The notes beneath the pieces were generated by a model, which had not been told where the DNA came from, ran no database searches, and worked only from the letters and a program-made list of their open reading frames with translations. DNA of 19,520 bases from Candidatus Latescibacterota bacterium (GTDB taxonomy: Bacteria > Latescibacterota > UBA2968): positions 1 through 19,520 of the forward strand of contig JAYODI010000097.1 of assembly GCA_038279365.1 (NCBI GenBank), read 5' to 3'. A program made the position numbers and the translations under genes. Shown one piece after another: positions 8,430 to 16,436 of this stretch. Every line of letters starts with the position of its first letter. Within the stretch, counting starts at the first letter, position 1.

Positions 8430-9161
8430 ATGATTGAATCTCTTCTTTTAACTGCCGTACGTGTTCTCACATTTAAAAACCAGCACCAATTGACCAATGC
8501 AAGCAGCTTCTTTTTTGCTCGCAATGAGCGATTGTTTTTGGTCACCAGCCGACATGTGATGATTGATGAACCCAGCAAACATTTTCCAAATCGCATTGAA
8601 ATAGAGCTGCACAATGATGCAAACAATATGGCACTGTCTACCCACTTTTCCATTCCCCTTTATGACAAAGAAAAGCGCCTGTGGCGTCAAGGTCTTGACA
8701 CGGCTGGAGAAATAGATGTGGCCGTCATCGAAATTGACCGCAATGCCCTTCCCGCAACCACCAGTTATTATGCCTTCACGCCCGACCATCTATACCAAAC
8801 ATCCGACCAAGTTGAAGTGGGTTCTTCACTGCTTATTGTCGGTTTTCCACTCGGGTTTCACGACACCCTACACCATATGCCCGTTGCTCGCCATGCCATT
8901 ATCGCATCATCATTTGGTTTGCGCTTCCAAGGAGAAGGCTACTTTCTCACCGATGCACGCACACACCGAGGCACCAGCGGCGCACCCATAGTTATGAGAG
9001 TTGCTGATCCTGAGCATAAATTAGGCAATCTGCCCTGGATGTTACTCGGTGTCCATTCTGCACGCCTCGATGTTGGCACCCGCGATATGGAATTAGATGA
9101 AGCATTGGGCCTCAATTGTGCTTGGTATGCCGACATATTGCTCACCCTTACAGATGGTTAA
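8430..9161 (+). CDS. Trypsin-like (S1/Trypsin_2) serine protease, no signal peptide
   Basis: Catalytic triad motifs LVTSRHV (His), DVAVIEI (Asp) and GTSGAPI (Ser). Also VGFPLG and LLGVHS. Confidence 0.85.
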   Translation: MIESLLLTAVRVLTFKNQHQLTNASSFFFARNERLFLVTSRHVMIDEPSKHFPNRIEIELHNDANNMALSTHFSIPLYDKEKRLWRQGLDTAGEIDVAVIEIDRNALPATTSYYAFTPDHLYQTSDQVEVGSSLLIVGFPLGFHDTLHHMPVARHAIIASSFGLRFQGEGYFLTDARTHRGTSGAPIVMRVADPEHKLGNLPWMLLGVHSARLDVGTRDMELDEALGLNCAWYADILLTLTDG

Positions 9162-9181
9162 TATCCATCATATATTTCCCC

Positions 9182-10570
9182 ATGTCAGATATACGCCTCA
9201 CATACGACGAAGGCACGCTCATATTGCTCGATGCCAACGAAAATTTCGATCCCCCATCCTCTTTTGTATGGGACAGTCGGGTGGGGCGTTGGCGTGCCCA
9301 AGCCCACCGCTATCGCGAAATTCTTGAAGCCATTCAAGAACAAAACCTACCCATCAAAAACACCGCACCACGCTACAATCGTCTCAAACTCATTCACAAA
9401 CCCGAACACCAACCCCACCCACATCAAACCGAAGCCCTACAAGCTTGGCAAACCTATGAAAAACGCGGTGTCGTGGTGCTTCCCACAGGTTCTGGCAAAT
9501 CACACTTGGCCCTTTTGGCCATGGCCCAAGTCAATCGCAGCACCCTCATCGTGGCTCCCACCATCGACCTTATGAACCAATGGTATGACTTGCTCACCGA
9601 TGCCTTCGACCTTGAAGTGGGCATCTTAGGCGGCGGGTATCACGAAATCAATGATCTTACCGTCACCACCTACGACAGCGCCTACATGCACATGAACCGC
9701 TATGGCAATCGGTTTGGATTTCTCATCTTCGACGAAGTCCACCACTTACCTGGTGAATCGTATAGCCACGCAGGTGAAATGAGCCTGGCACCCTATCGCC
9801 TCGGCCTCACCGCCACCCTCGAACGCCCCGATGGCCGCCACCTTATGTTACGCGATCTTGTGGGCCCCACCGTTTACGAAAAAGGTATTCGCGATCTTTC
9901 AGGAGACTACCTCTCCGACTACAATACCGAACGCATCGAAGTGGACATGATTGCCGAAGAACGCACCCAATACGAAACCGCACGCACCAACTTCAACGCC
10001 TTTCTCACCGACAAGAATATTCGTCTCGGTTCTCTCAATGGGTGGCAAAATTTTGTGCGCCTTTCTGCACGGTCCAGCAATGGTCGCCGTGCCATGAAAT
10101 CCTACCAGACCTATCGCAAGCTCGCCCTTGGAACCACTGCCAAATTGCGCGTTTTAGAAGACCTGCTCAAAAAACATCCACGCGACCGCGTGCTCATTTT
10201 CACCAACGACAACGAAACCGTTTATAACATCTCCCAAACATTTCTCATTCCTGCCATTACCCACCAAACACGCACCAAAGAACGTCGTGACATTCTCCAA
10301 GCCTTCAATCGCGGTGACATACTCGCCCTCATCACCTCCCGCGTACTCAACGAAGGTGTCAACATTCCCGAGGCCAATGTCGCCATCGTCCTGTCTGGCA
10401 CGGGCACCATTCGCGAACACGTCCAACGCTTAGGCCGTATCCTACGCCGCCGCGAAGGCAAACACGCCACCCTCTACGAAGTCATTTCTCGCAACACCGT
10501 AGAAGACCAAATCTCCAAACGTCGCCGCCAACACGATGCCTATGATGGCAAGCAGGGTGAAATATTTTAG
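9182..10570 (+). CDS. XPB/Rad25-like superfamily 2 DNA helicase (likely start ATG 9182)
   Basis: Motifs VLPTGSGKS (I), VAPTIDLMNQW (Ia), FDEVHHL (II), LGLTAT (III), VLNEGVNIP (V) and QRLGRILR (VI). The N-terminal WDSRVGRWRA segment is typical of the XPB damage-recognition region. Confidence 0.9.
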   Translation: MSDIRLTYDEGTLILLDANENFDPPSSFVWDSRVGRWRAQAHRYREILEAIQEQNLPIKNTAPRYNRLKLIHKPEHQPHPHQTEALQAWQTYEKRGVVVLPTGSGKSHLALLAMAQVNRSTLIVAPTIDLMNQWYDLLTDAFDLEVGILGGGYHEINDLTVTTYDSAYMHMNRYGNRFGFLIFDEVHHLPGESYSHAGEMSLAPYRLGLTATLERPDGRHLMLRDLVGPTVYEKGIRDLSGDYLSDYNTERIEVDMIAEERTQYETARTNFNAFLTDKNIRLGSLNGWQNFVRLSARSSNGRRAMKSYQTYRKLALGTTAKLRVLEDLLKKHPRDRVLIFTNDNETVYNISQTFLIPAITHQTRTKERRDILQAFNRGDILALITSRVLNEGVNIPEANVAIVLSGTGTIREHVQRLGRILRRREGKHATLYEVISRNTVEDQISKRRRQHDAYDGKQGEIF

Positions 10571-10594
10571 TGCCTGGATATCATATTCCCTCTC

Positions 10595-10623
10595 TTGCAT
10601 ATGTTTGTTCAATTGCGTACTTT
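10595..10623 (+). promoter_or_regulatory. Putative sigma70 promoter upstream of the DUF5069 gene
   Basis: TTGCAT-N17-TACTTT. Confidence 0.45.
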
Positions 10624-10785
10624 AGAAAAAATATGAATAGCATGCGTGACCGGCTCATACACTTCTGTTTTGACGTCAATTTTCGACGGGTTTGAAAAGC
10701 CATAACAGAAGAAATTCCCAAAGTCAAATAACACATTCAAATCATTTTGAATAAAACTTCCGAATCACACATCGAAAGGCCTCCC

Positions 10786-12078
10786 GTGGATCTGACCATA
10801 CAACCCCCACGTCGCCCATCCAACACGTCACTTTGTGGCATTGTTGCACTTGCCCGCATGACCGACAAAGCCCGTGGTCACGTTGAAGAAACCAATGGCG
10901 AATACATTTATGGTGATGCCTCTGGTTTAGACAAAAAAGTCCTCAACTTCCTAAACATTTCGCACGACGACTTTGCCGATGCCGCTTCTCGATATGCCGA
11001 TGACGAACTGTGTAATTGGATTCAAAAAGCCTCAGATGTCAACGACAGCGATATCCAAGCATTCAACAAAGACCTGCTTGCTTGGGAACCCTTTAACGAT
11101 GCCAGTCGCCAAAGACTCAAAGATCGACTCGTCAAATACAACCCGCCCCACCCCGAAAAAATCACCACAATGATCCAATCCATCGAACTCGATGATTGGG
11201 GCTGTTTTCGCAATGTCGATCTAACCACGCGCCCGCCACGCACACCCTATGATCGTTCTATTGCAGGCATCTATGGCCTCATGCGCATGGCCGACAAAGC
11301 CCGTGCCGCAAAAATAAACACACTCAACGGATATATTTATAACTGCCCCATAGATCAAGAAATCCTCACATTTTTAGGCATTTCAGCAGATGCCTTTCAA
11401 GACGCCGCATACCACAACGTCAACAACATAGAACTCAGCGATTGGGTCAAAAACAACACCTCACGCACCCAAGCCGAAATTTCACAGTTCAATTATGACA
11501 TCTCGCACAAAGGCCCTGAAGGCGAAGAACTCAAAAACATTTTCAACACCGTTCGAGAACGTGTCGCACCAGGGCGTATAGACATCACAGCGTGGTTTGA
11601 CTTACTCGACTTGGATGACGAACAAGATTACGGCATTGTCGATCTCACACGCCATGCACCGCGCAGTCCCTACAACACAAGCCTCTTAGGCCTCATTGGG
11701 CTGGCGCGTCTCATAGACAAAGGACGGGCATCTCTTAGCAACAGCCTCGGCGGATATTTTTACGGCAAAGATTCTCTGCTCGATTCTTTTATACTCAAAT
11801 TCTTAGATCTCTCTGCCGACGACTTCCTTACCATCTTAAAAAACCATGCCACCGACGAAGCCGTCATCGCACAACTTCCAACAGAAAAAAGCAAAAACGA
11901 CATCGAAAAATTCAACACCCATATTACCAGTCGAGGCGTTCGCACCACCGCACAAAAAGCTTGGTTTCGCGACCGTGTTGGCGGTCTTGACCCCAACCGC
12001 CCCGACATTGCCACACTCCTTGCCATGGTTCAACTCGACGATCAAATCACCTTTGCCCGCCAAAAAGCAGGTGTATAA
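10786..12078 (+). CDS. Protein with three tandem DUF5069-like domains (likely GTG start at 10786)
   Basis: Three repeats: DLTIQPPRRP..LARMTDKARG, DLTTRPPRTP..LMRMADKARA and DLTRHAPRSP..LARLIDKGRA, each followed by Y.Y...D...L.FL.I. GAAAGG lies before the GTG. The ORF track starts at TTG 10747. Confidence 0.75.
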   Translation: MDLTIQPPRRPSNTSLCGIVALARMTDKARGHVEETNGEYIYGDASGLDKKVLNFLNISHDDFADAASRYADDELCNWIQKASDVNDSDIQAFNKDLLAWEPFNDASRQRLKDRLVKYNPPHPEKITTMIQSIELDDWGCFRNVDLTTRPPRTPYDRSIAGIYGLMRMADKARAAKINTLNGYIYNCPIDQEILTFLGISADAFQDAAYHNVNNIELSDWVKNNTSRTQAEISQFNYDISHKGPEGEELKNIFNTVRERVAPGRIDITAWFDLLDLDDEQDYGIVDLTRHAPRSPYNTSLLGLIGLARLIDKGRASLSNSLGGYFYGKDSLLDSFILKFLDLSADDFLTILKNHATDEAVIAQLPTEKSKNDIEKFNTHITSRGVRTTAQKAWFRDRVGGLDPNRPDIATLLAMVQLDDQITFARQKAGV

Positions 12079-12092
12079 CCCATTCCAAAACC

Positions 12093-12359
12093 ATGTCCGA
12101 TCCCATTGAAATGCCAATCAACGGCGAACTCGACTTACACACCTTTCATCCACGCGATCTGAAAACCCTCATACCAGATTATTTGGACGAATGTAAAAAA
12201 CGTGGTATCTTGCAAGTCCGCATCATTCACGGCAAAGGAACGGGCGCATTACGTGAAACGGTTCACGCCCTTTTGCAAAAACGCACAGACGTTGCCACAT
12301 TTTATCTCACCGATCACAATTGGGGTTCCACATCCGTCATGCTTAAAAAGGACCTTTAA
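12093..12359 (+). CDS. Stand-alone Smr (MutS2 C-terminal) domain protein
   Basis: Motifs ELDLHTF, VRIIHGKGTGALRETV and WGSTSV. Confidence 0.9.
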   Translation: MSDPIEMPINGELDLHTFHPRDLKTLIPDYLDECKKRGILQVRIIHGKGTGALRETVHALLQKRTDVATFYLTDHNWGSTSVMLKKDL

Positions 12360-12361
12360 TC

Positions 12362-13018
12362 ATGGACTTTGAACTCAGCCCAGTTGAAGTGCGCATTGTG
12401 GGCGCACTCATGGAAAAAGAAAAAACCACACCTGCAAATTACCCACTCTCACTCAATGCTCTCACCAATGCCTGCAATCAAAAAAGCAACCGCAACCCCG
12501 TCATGGACATTGACGAAACCATCATTGCAGGTGCCTTAGATGGTTTGGGGTTTCATCGAAAACTCACCAAACGTCTTTTATCTGACGACAACCGCGTGCC
12601 CAAATATCGCCACGACCTCACAGCCGTCTTTAACCTCACTCCCCAAGAATATGCCGCCCTGTGTGTACTCCTACTCAGAGGCCCACAAACCTTGGGTGAA
12701 ATTAGAGGCCGATCCGAACGCCTCTTTAACTTTGAAAGCCTCGAAGAGGTCGAACAAACCCTCAACCGATTGGCCGAACGTGAAGACCCACTTGTGAAAC
12801 AACTGCCTCGCCAGCCCGGTCGAAAAGAAGCGCGGTATGCACACCTGCTCTCTGGCGATATAGACATAGAAGAAATAGACATCGCCGAACCTGCCGTCAT
12901 CGAAATACGCGCTGAAAATGAACGCGTTGACAAACTGGAACAAGAAGTCGAAGCTTTACGCGCAGAACTCGTCGCCCTCAAAGAACAATTTGCCGCATTC
13001 AAACACCAATTCGAGTAA
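12362..13018 (+). CDS. yceH: YceH / UPF0502 (DUF480) family protein
   Basis: Motifs EVRIVGALMEKEKTTPANYPLSLNALTNACNQKSNRNPVM, LLLRGPQTLGEIRGRSERL and PGRKEARYAHLLSG, then a C-terminal coiled coil. Confidence 0.9.
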   Translation: MDFELSPVEVRIVGALMEKEKTTPANYPLSLNALTNACNQKSNRNPVMDIDETIIAGALDGLGFHRKLTKRLLSDDNRVPKYRHDLTAVFNLTPQEYAALCVLLLRGPQTLGEIRGRSERLFNFESLEEVEQTLNRLAEREDPLVKQLPRQPGRKEARYAHLLSGDIDIEEIDIAEPAVIEIRAENERVDKLEQEVEALRAELVALKEQFAAFKHQFE

Positions 13019-13023
13019 AAAAC

Positions 13024-13530
13024 ATGTCAGACATATCCCAACTACCCCATCTGCTCAAACTGCTCGATGACGACTCTGAAACCGTTCGCAACTCCGTTGC
13101 CCAAGCCCTTCGGGCATTTGGCCCCCAACTTGAAACCACCTTGGCCCAGTTGTCAGAAACACCCACCCAAGACCAAATGGCCCAAATCCAAAAACTCATC
13201 GGCCAAACAAATGACACACCCGAACCCACCTTCAAACCTGGGCAACTGATCAAACACAAACGCTATGGATACCGAGGCGTCATCGTAGCCGTAGACCTCA
13301 CCTGCCAAGCCACAGATGCGTGGTACCAAAGCAACCGCAGCCAACCCGACCGCAACCAACCCTGGTACCATGTGTTGGTTCACAACTCCGACCAAACCAC
13401 ATATGCTGCCCAAACCAGCCTTAAAGCAGATTTCACAGATCAAGAAATCATCCACCCTTGGCTTGATGAATTTTTCACCGATTTCATAGATGGCGAATAC
13501 ATCCGCAACAAACGCCCCTGGCTCACATAA
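13024..13530 (+). CDS. hspQ: HspQ/YccV-like domain protein with N-terminal HEAT-like helical extension
   Basis: FKPGQLIKHKRYGYRGVIVAVD, QPWYHVLV, TYAAQTSL and IIHPWLDEFF match YccV. The N-terminal LLKLLDDDSETVRNSVAQAL is HEAT-like. Confidence 0.75.
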   Translation: MSDISQLPHLLKLLDDDSETVRNSVAQALRAFGPQLETTLAQLSETPTQDQMAQIQKLIGQTNDTPEPTFKPGQLIKHKRYGYRGVIVAVDLTCQATDAWYQSNRSQPDRNQPWYHVLVHNSDQTTYAAQTSLKADFTDQEIIHPWLDEFFTDFIDGEYIRNKRPWLT

Positions 13531-13532
13531 CC

Positions 13533-14765
13533 ATGCTCACCTCCGACCTCCTCCTTGTGCGCAAACGCGGCCCCTACCTCGAACCCCGCTACATAGACCC
13601 CAAAGCCTCCGGCATACTCACCCTCGCACAAGACATCATCAACATCTTTACCGAACACCAGGGCAAAACACGCGGTGAGCTTCACGATGTGTTAGACACC
13701 CGTGCCGGTGAAGCAACAGACTATCGCATACAAAAAGGTTTGGCCAAACTCCTTGAAGACCATCGCTGTGAATTTCGCATCGACAGCATTGTCGAACCCG
13801 AAGAACTCCGCACCCACGTCTTTGCCTTGGCCCGAGAAAACCACCCCGTCGTGCGCGAACCGGATCTCATCTATCCCGTAACACGCGATCACATTCTCGA
13901 ACAAGCCGCCCTCCACTATCAAACCGCCACTGAAAATATTGAACAAAGTCTCTACGCCGATTTATCTCAAAACCATCGCTTAGACAATTTTGACGCACCC
14001 GACCCAGCTTGGCTGGTCAACCGTTATAACGTTGCCCTTGCACAAGCCATGTTCTATCGGTGTACACGCATGCGACTGTCTGTGCATCGCAACCTGCCCG
14101 TGCGCTATCAACAACTGTTCAAATTCATCAAATTCTATCGCCTCATCCACGACATCAGAGGCGACCGAGATGCAGGTTATGAAATGCACCTTGATGGCCC
14201 TGTGAGCATGTTTCGTCTCTCTCAAAAATATGGCCTCCAAATGGCCGTCTTTTTGCCCGCGCTGTTGCTCTGCACCCGCTGGAAAATGGAAGCCCACATC
14301 GAACTCAAAGACGGTCGCTCTGGTGCATTTATTCTCGACGAAAACCACAACCTCGTTTCACATTACAAAGATCAAACCGTCTACGACTCACTCCTTGAAG
14401 AAACCTTTGCCACCCGCTTCGAAAAAACCAAAACCGACTGGACCCTCGAACGGGAAACCGAAATCGTCAACCTTAAATACACCGTCTTCATTCCCGACTT
14501 TGCCTTTCGCCACCCCGATGGCCGCACCGCCCTGTTCGAAATCGTCGGCTTCTGGCACCCCGATTACCTGCGCCGCAAACTGGAAAAACTACGCCGATCA
14601 AACCGCAAAGACCTCATCGTCGCCGTTTCACGTGATCTCAATGTGGAAGAAGACGATTTCAAAGACATTCCCGGTCACGTCTTTTTCTTCAAAAACCGCA
14701 TCCAACCCAAAGATGTGATCGAACGCTTAGATCAAATCAAAATTGAAGACTGTGTGCAAGATTAA
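13533..14765 (+). CDS. DUF790 family / Bax1-like PD-(D/E)XK endonuclease
   Basis: Motifs MLTSDLL, GLAKLL, LYADL, RYNVALAQ, LDGPVSMF..SQKYGLQMA, DSLLEETFA, VFIPDF and FEIVGFWHPDYLRRKLEKL. Confidence 0.88.
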   Translation: MLTSDLLLVRKRGPYLEPRYIDPKASGILTLAQDIINIFTEHQGKTRGELHDVLDTRAGEATDYRIQKGLAKLLEDHRCEFRIDSIVEPEELRTHVFALARENHPVVREPDLIYPVTRDHILEQAALHYQTATENIEQSLYADLSQNHRLDNFDAPDPAWLVNRYNVALAQAMFYRCTRMRLSVHRNLPVRYQQLFKFIKFYRLIHDIRGDRDAGYEMHLDGPVSMFRLSQKYGLQMAVFLPALLLCTRWKMEAHIELKDGRSGAFILDENHNLVSHYKDQTVYDSLLEETFATRFEKTKTDWTLERETEIVNLKYTVFIPDFAFRHPDGRTALFEIVGFWHPDYLRRKLEKLRRSNRKDLIVAVSRDLNVEEDDFKDIPGHVFFFKNRIQPKDVIERLDQIKIEDCVQD

Positions 14766-14782
14766 TACAAGGAGCCACACGT

Positions 14783-15463
14783 ATGAATATAGAACGCATC
14801 CAAGAAGCCATCGACTCGGTCCGTTCGTTCTACGAAACCCAAGGCATTTTCATGCGCAAATTTGGCTATGGCAAACGTCCAGCTTTGCTCATTATCGACA
14901 TGGCCTATGGATGGACAGATCCAGCATATGCCACCGGCACCAAACGACTCGATGAAGCCGTTGCAGGCATTCAACAACTGCTTCCCATTGCACGCGAAAA
15001 AAACGTGCCCATCATTTATACCACCTATCCTGCACCCAGAGATGAAGAAGAACCCATGCACACCACCCACGAAGCCAAACAACGCTTTCGTCCTTGGGAT
15101 GCCCACGCCTGTGAAATTGACACTCGCCTCCAACCCCAAAAAGGCGACATCATTTTGTACAAAGAAAATGCCAGTGCATTCTTCGGAACGCATCTGGCTT
15201 CTCATTTAATCAACAATCAGGTCGATACCCTCATCATCACGGGTTGTTCCACCAGTGCCTGTGTTCGCGCCACCGCCACCGATGCCCGGGCCTACCGCTT
15301 CAAAGCCATTATCCCCAAACAAAGCGTGCAAGATCGCGCACCCGCCGCCCACGAATGGAACCTCCTTGACATTGATGCAAAATTTGGTGACGTGGTAGAC
15401 AATGGTGAGGTACTGAGTTATTTGAAAGCTTTACCCGATCAAAAGAGTTTAAATGCTTCGTAA
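14783..15463 (+). CDS. Isochorismatase-family cysteine hydrolase (N-carbamoylsarcosine/maleamate amidase-like)
   Basis: Motifs GYGKRPALLIID (Asp), KENASAFFGT (Lys) and GCSTSACVRATATDA (Cys). AAGGAG RBS. Confidence 0.88.
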   Translation: MNIERIQEAIDSVRSFYETQGIFMRKFGYGKRPALLIIDMAYGWTDPAYATGTKRLDEAVAGIQQLLPIAREKNVPIIYTTYPAPRDEEEPMHTTHEAKQRFRPWDAHACEIDTRLQPQKGDIILYKENASAFFGTHLASHLINNQVDTLIITGCSTSACVRATATDARAYRFKAIIPKQSVQDRAPAAHEWNLLDIDAKFGDVVDNGEVLSYLKALPDQKSLNAS

Positions 15464-15464
15464 G

Positions 15465-15506
15465 ATGACAACAGCCCGACAAAATAGTTTGTCGGGCTGT
15501 TGTCAT
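15465..15506. terminator. 19-bp perfect hairpin between convergent genes, probable bidirectional terminator
   Basis: ATGACAACAGCCCGACAAA-ATAG-TTTGTCGGGCTGTTGTCAT, right after the isochorismatase stop and 27 nt from the zinc-finger stop. Confidence 0.8.
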
Positions 15507-15533
15507 TTCATGGCCATAGTAAATCATCTCGAA

Positions 15534-15767
15534 TTACACAGGTAACTCCAAAATAGGTATCTGTGCAAATCGTTTGGGTTTATCTATATGTGTCAAAACT
15601 TTATCCATTGCCTGATCAACCGAAGCCTCAAAAAAAACTTCACCGCAGGCAGCGCATACCAAAGCAGGCACATTTTCAAAACGATACGTATTCCCCTCCC
15701 ATATCTGATCATGATAGGGCAACGTTTTCGGGTGGAGAGAGCCCCCACAAAACCCACATTCATCCAT
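15534..15767 (-). CDS. YgiT-type (MqsA N-terminal-like) zinc finger protein, putative antitoxin
   Basis: CGFCGG ... ENVPALVCAACGEVFF, with two CxxC motifs and no HTH domain. Confidence 0.85.
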   Translation of the reverse strand: MDECGFCGGSLHPKTLPYHDQIWEGNTYRFENVPALVCAACGEVFFEASVDQAMDKVLTHIDKPKRFAQIPILELPV

Positions 15768-15771
15768 GATG

Positions 15772-16089
15772 TTATCTCCTTCGTGTATACCAATCTATCC
15801 ATTTGTCAGGGTCAAACCAATGCACGGTTATAATAATTGCTCGTTCTTTAACCATGTTGTAACCACAAGCCACATAAAGCGGTTCGCCAAGTAAAACTGG
15901 ATGCATAAACAAACACTTAGGATGGGGATATGCATTCGAGTTTTGCTCAATAATTACACCGTGTAATATGGTCTGCAAAATATCATCTCGAATGATCCCA
16001 CGCAATCCCATACGCTGTCTCGCATGTTGAGATATGATATAATTATTCTTTGCAACTGCTGTACGGATTCCAGAAGTAAAATTGTTCAT
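15772..16089 (-). CDS. DUF4258 family protein, putative RelE-like toxin
   Basis: Motifs ISQHARQRMGLRGI, GVIIEQ, PKCL, PLYVAC and IIITVHWFDPDKW. It ends 4 nt before the zinc-finger gene. Confidence 0.8.
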   Translation of the reverse strand: MNNFTSGIRTAVAKNNYIISQHARQRMGLRGIIRDDILQTILHGVIIEQNSNAYPHPKCLFMHPVLLGEPLYVACGYNMVKERAIIITVHWFDPDKWIDWYTRRR

Positions 16090-16151
16090 AAATTTAGCTG
16101 ATAGAAGTATAAAGTCAAGGATCAGATTATTTTTGCGGTGTTTACGATTTA

Positions 16152-16421
16152 TTAAGGTCTCAATTCTGGGGTTTCACTTATAACACCACGCACATAATCC
16201 GCCATCGTCTTCACACTATCAAACAACTCCACGCGCAAATCTTCATCAGGAACCTCAATTTCAAATTCTTCTTCCAACCCAACAATAATCTCAATGGTTG
16301 CCATTGAGTTAAGCCCCATCCCACCACCAAATAGTTGATCATCATCACCAATCTCATCTGGGTCTACTTCCAAAGACAATTTTCGAATAATCACTTGTTT
16401 GACTCGATCCTCAATGGACAT
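16152..16421 (-). CDS. Stand-alone acyl carrier protein
   Basis: Acidic 89-aa protein with GMGLNSMATIEIIVGLEEEFEIEVPDED (phosphopantetheine Ser39) and FDSVKTMADYV. Strong AGGAGG RBS. Confidence 0.9.
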   Translation of the reverse strand: MSIEDRVKQVIIRKLSLEVDPDEIGDDDQLFGGGMGLNSMATIEIIVGLEEEFEIEVPDEDLRVELFDSVKTMADYVRGVISETPELRP

Positions 16422-16436
16422 ATATCCCCTCCTAAA

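Noticed and set aside
9116-9181. Extended helicase N-terminus from the ORF track
   Set aside because: It overlaps the protease gene and looks non-coding. ATG 9182 gives a typical N-terminus.
9182-10570. Helicase as a type III restriction subunit
   Set aside because: There is no methyltransferase partner nearby. The motifs and the nearby DUF790 gene fit XPB/Bax1 better.
10644-10655. GCGTGACCGGC resembling the 5' part of the ZTP (pfl) riboswitch
   Set aside because: The downstream conserved GGGGAGCG and GCCUGGGC elements are absent.
16091-16118. TTGACT-N16-TAAATT promoter-like motif before the DUF4258 gene
   Set aside because: The -10 box ends 1 nt before the ATG, too close even for a leaderless transcript. 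Not supported without TSS data.
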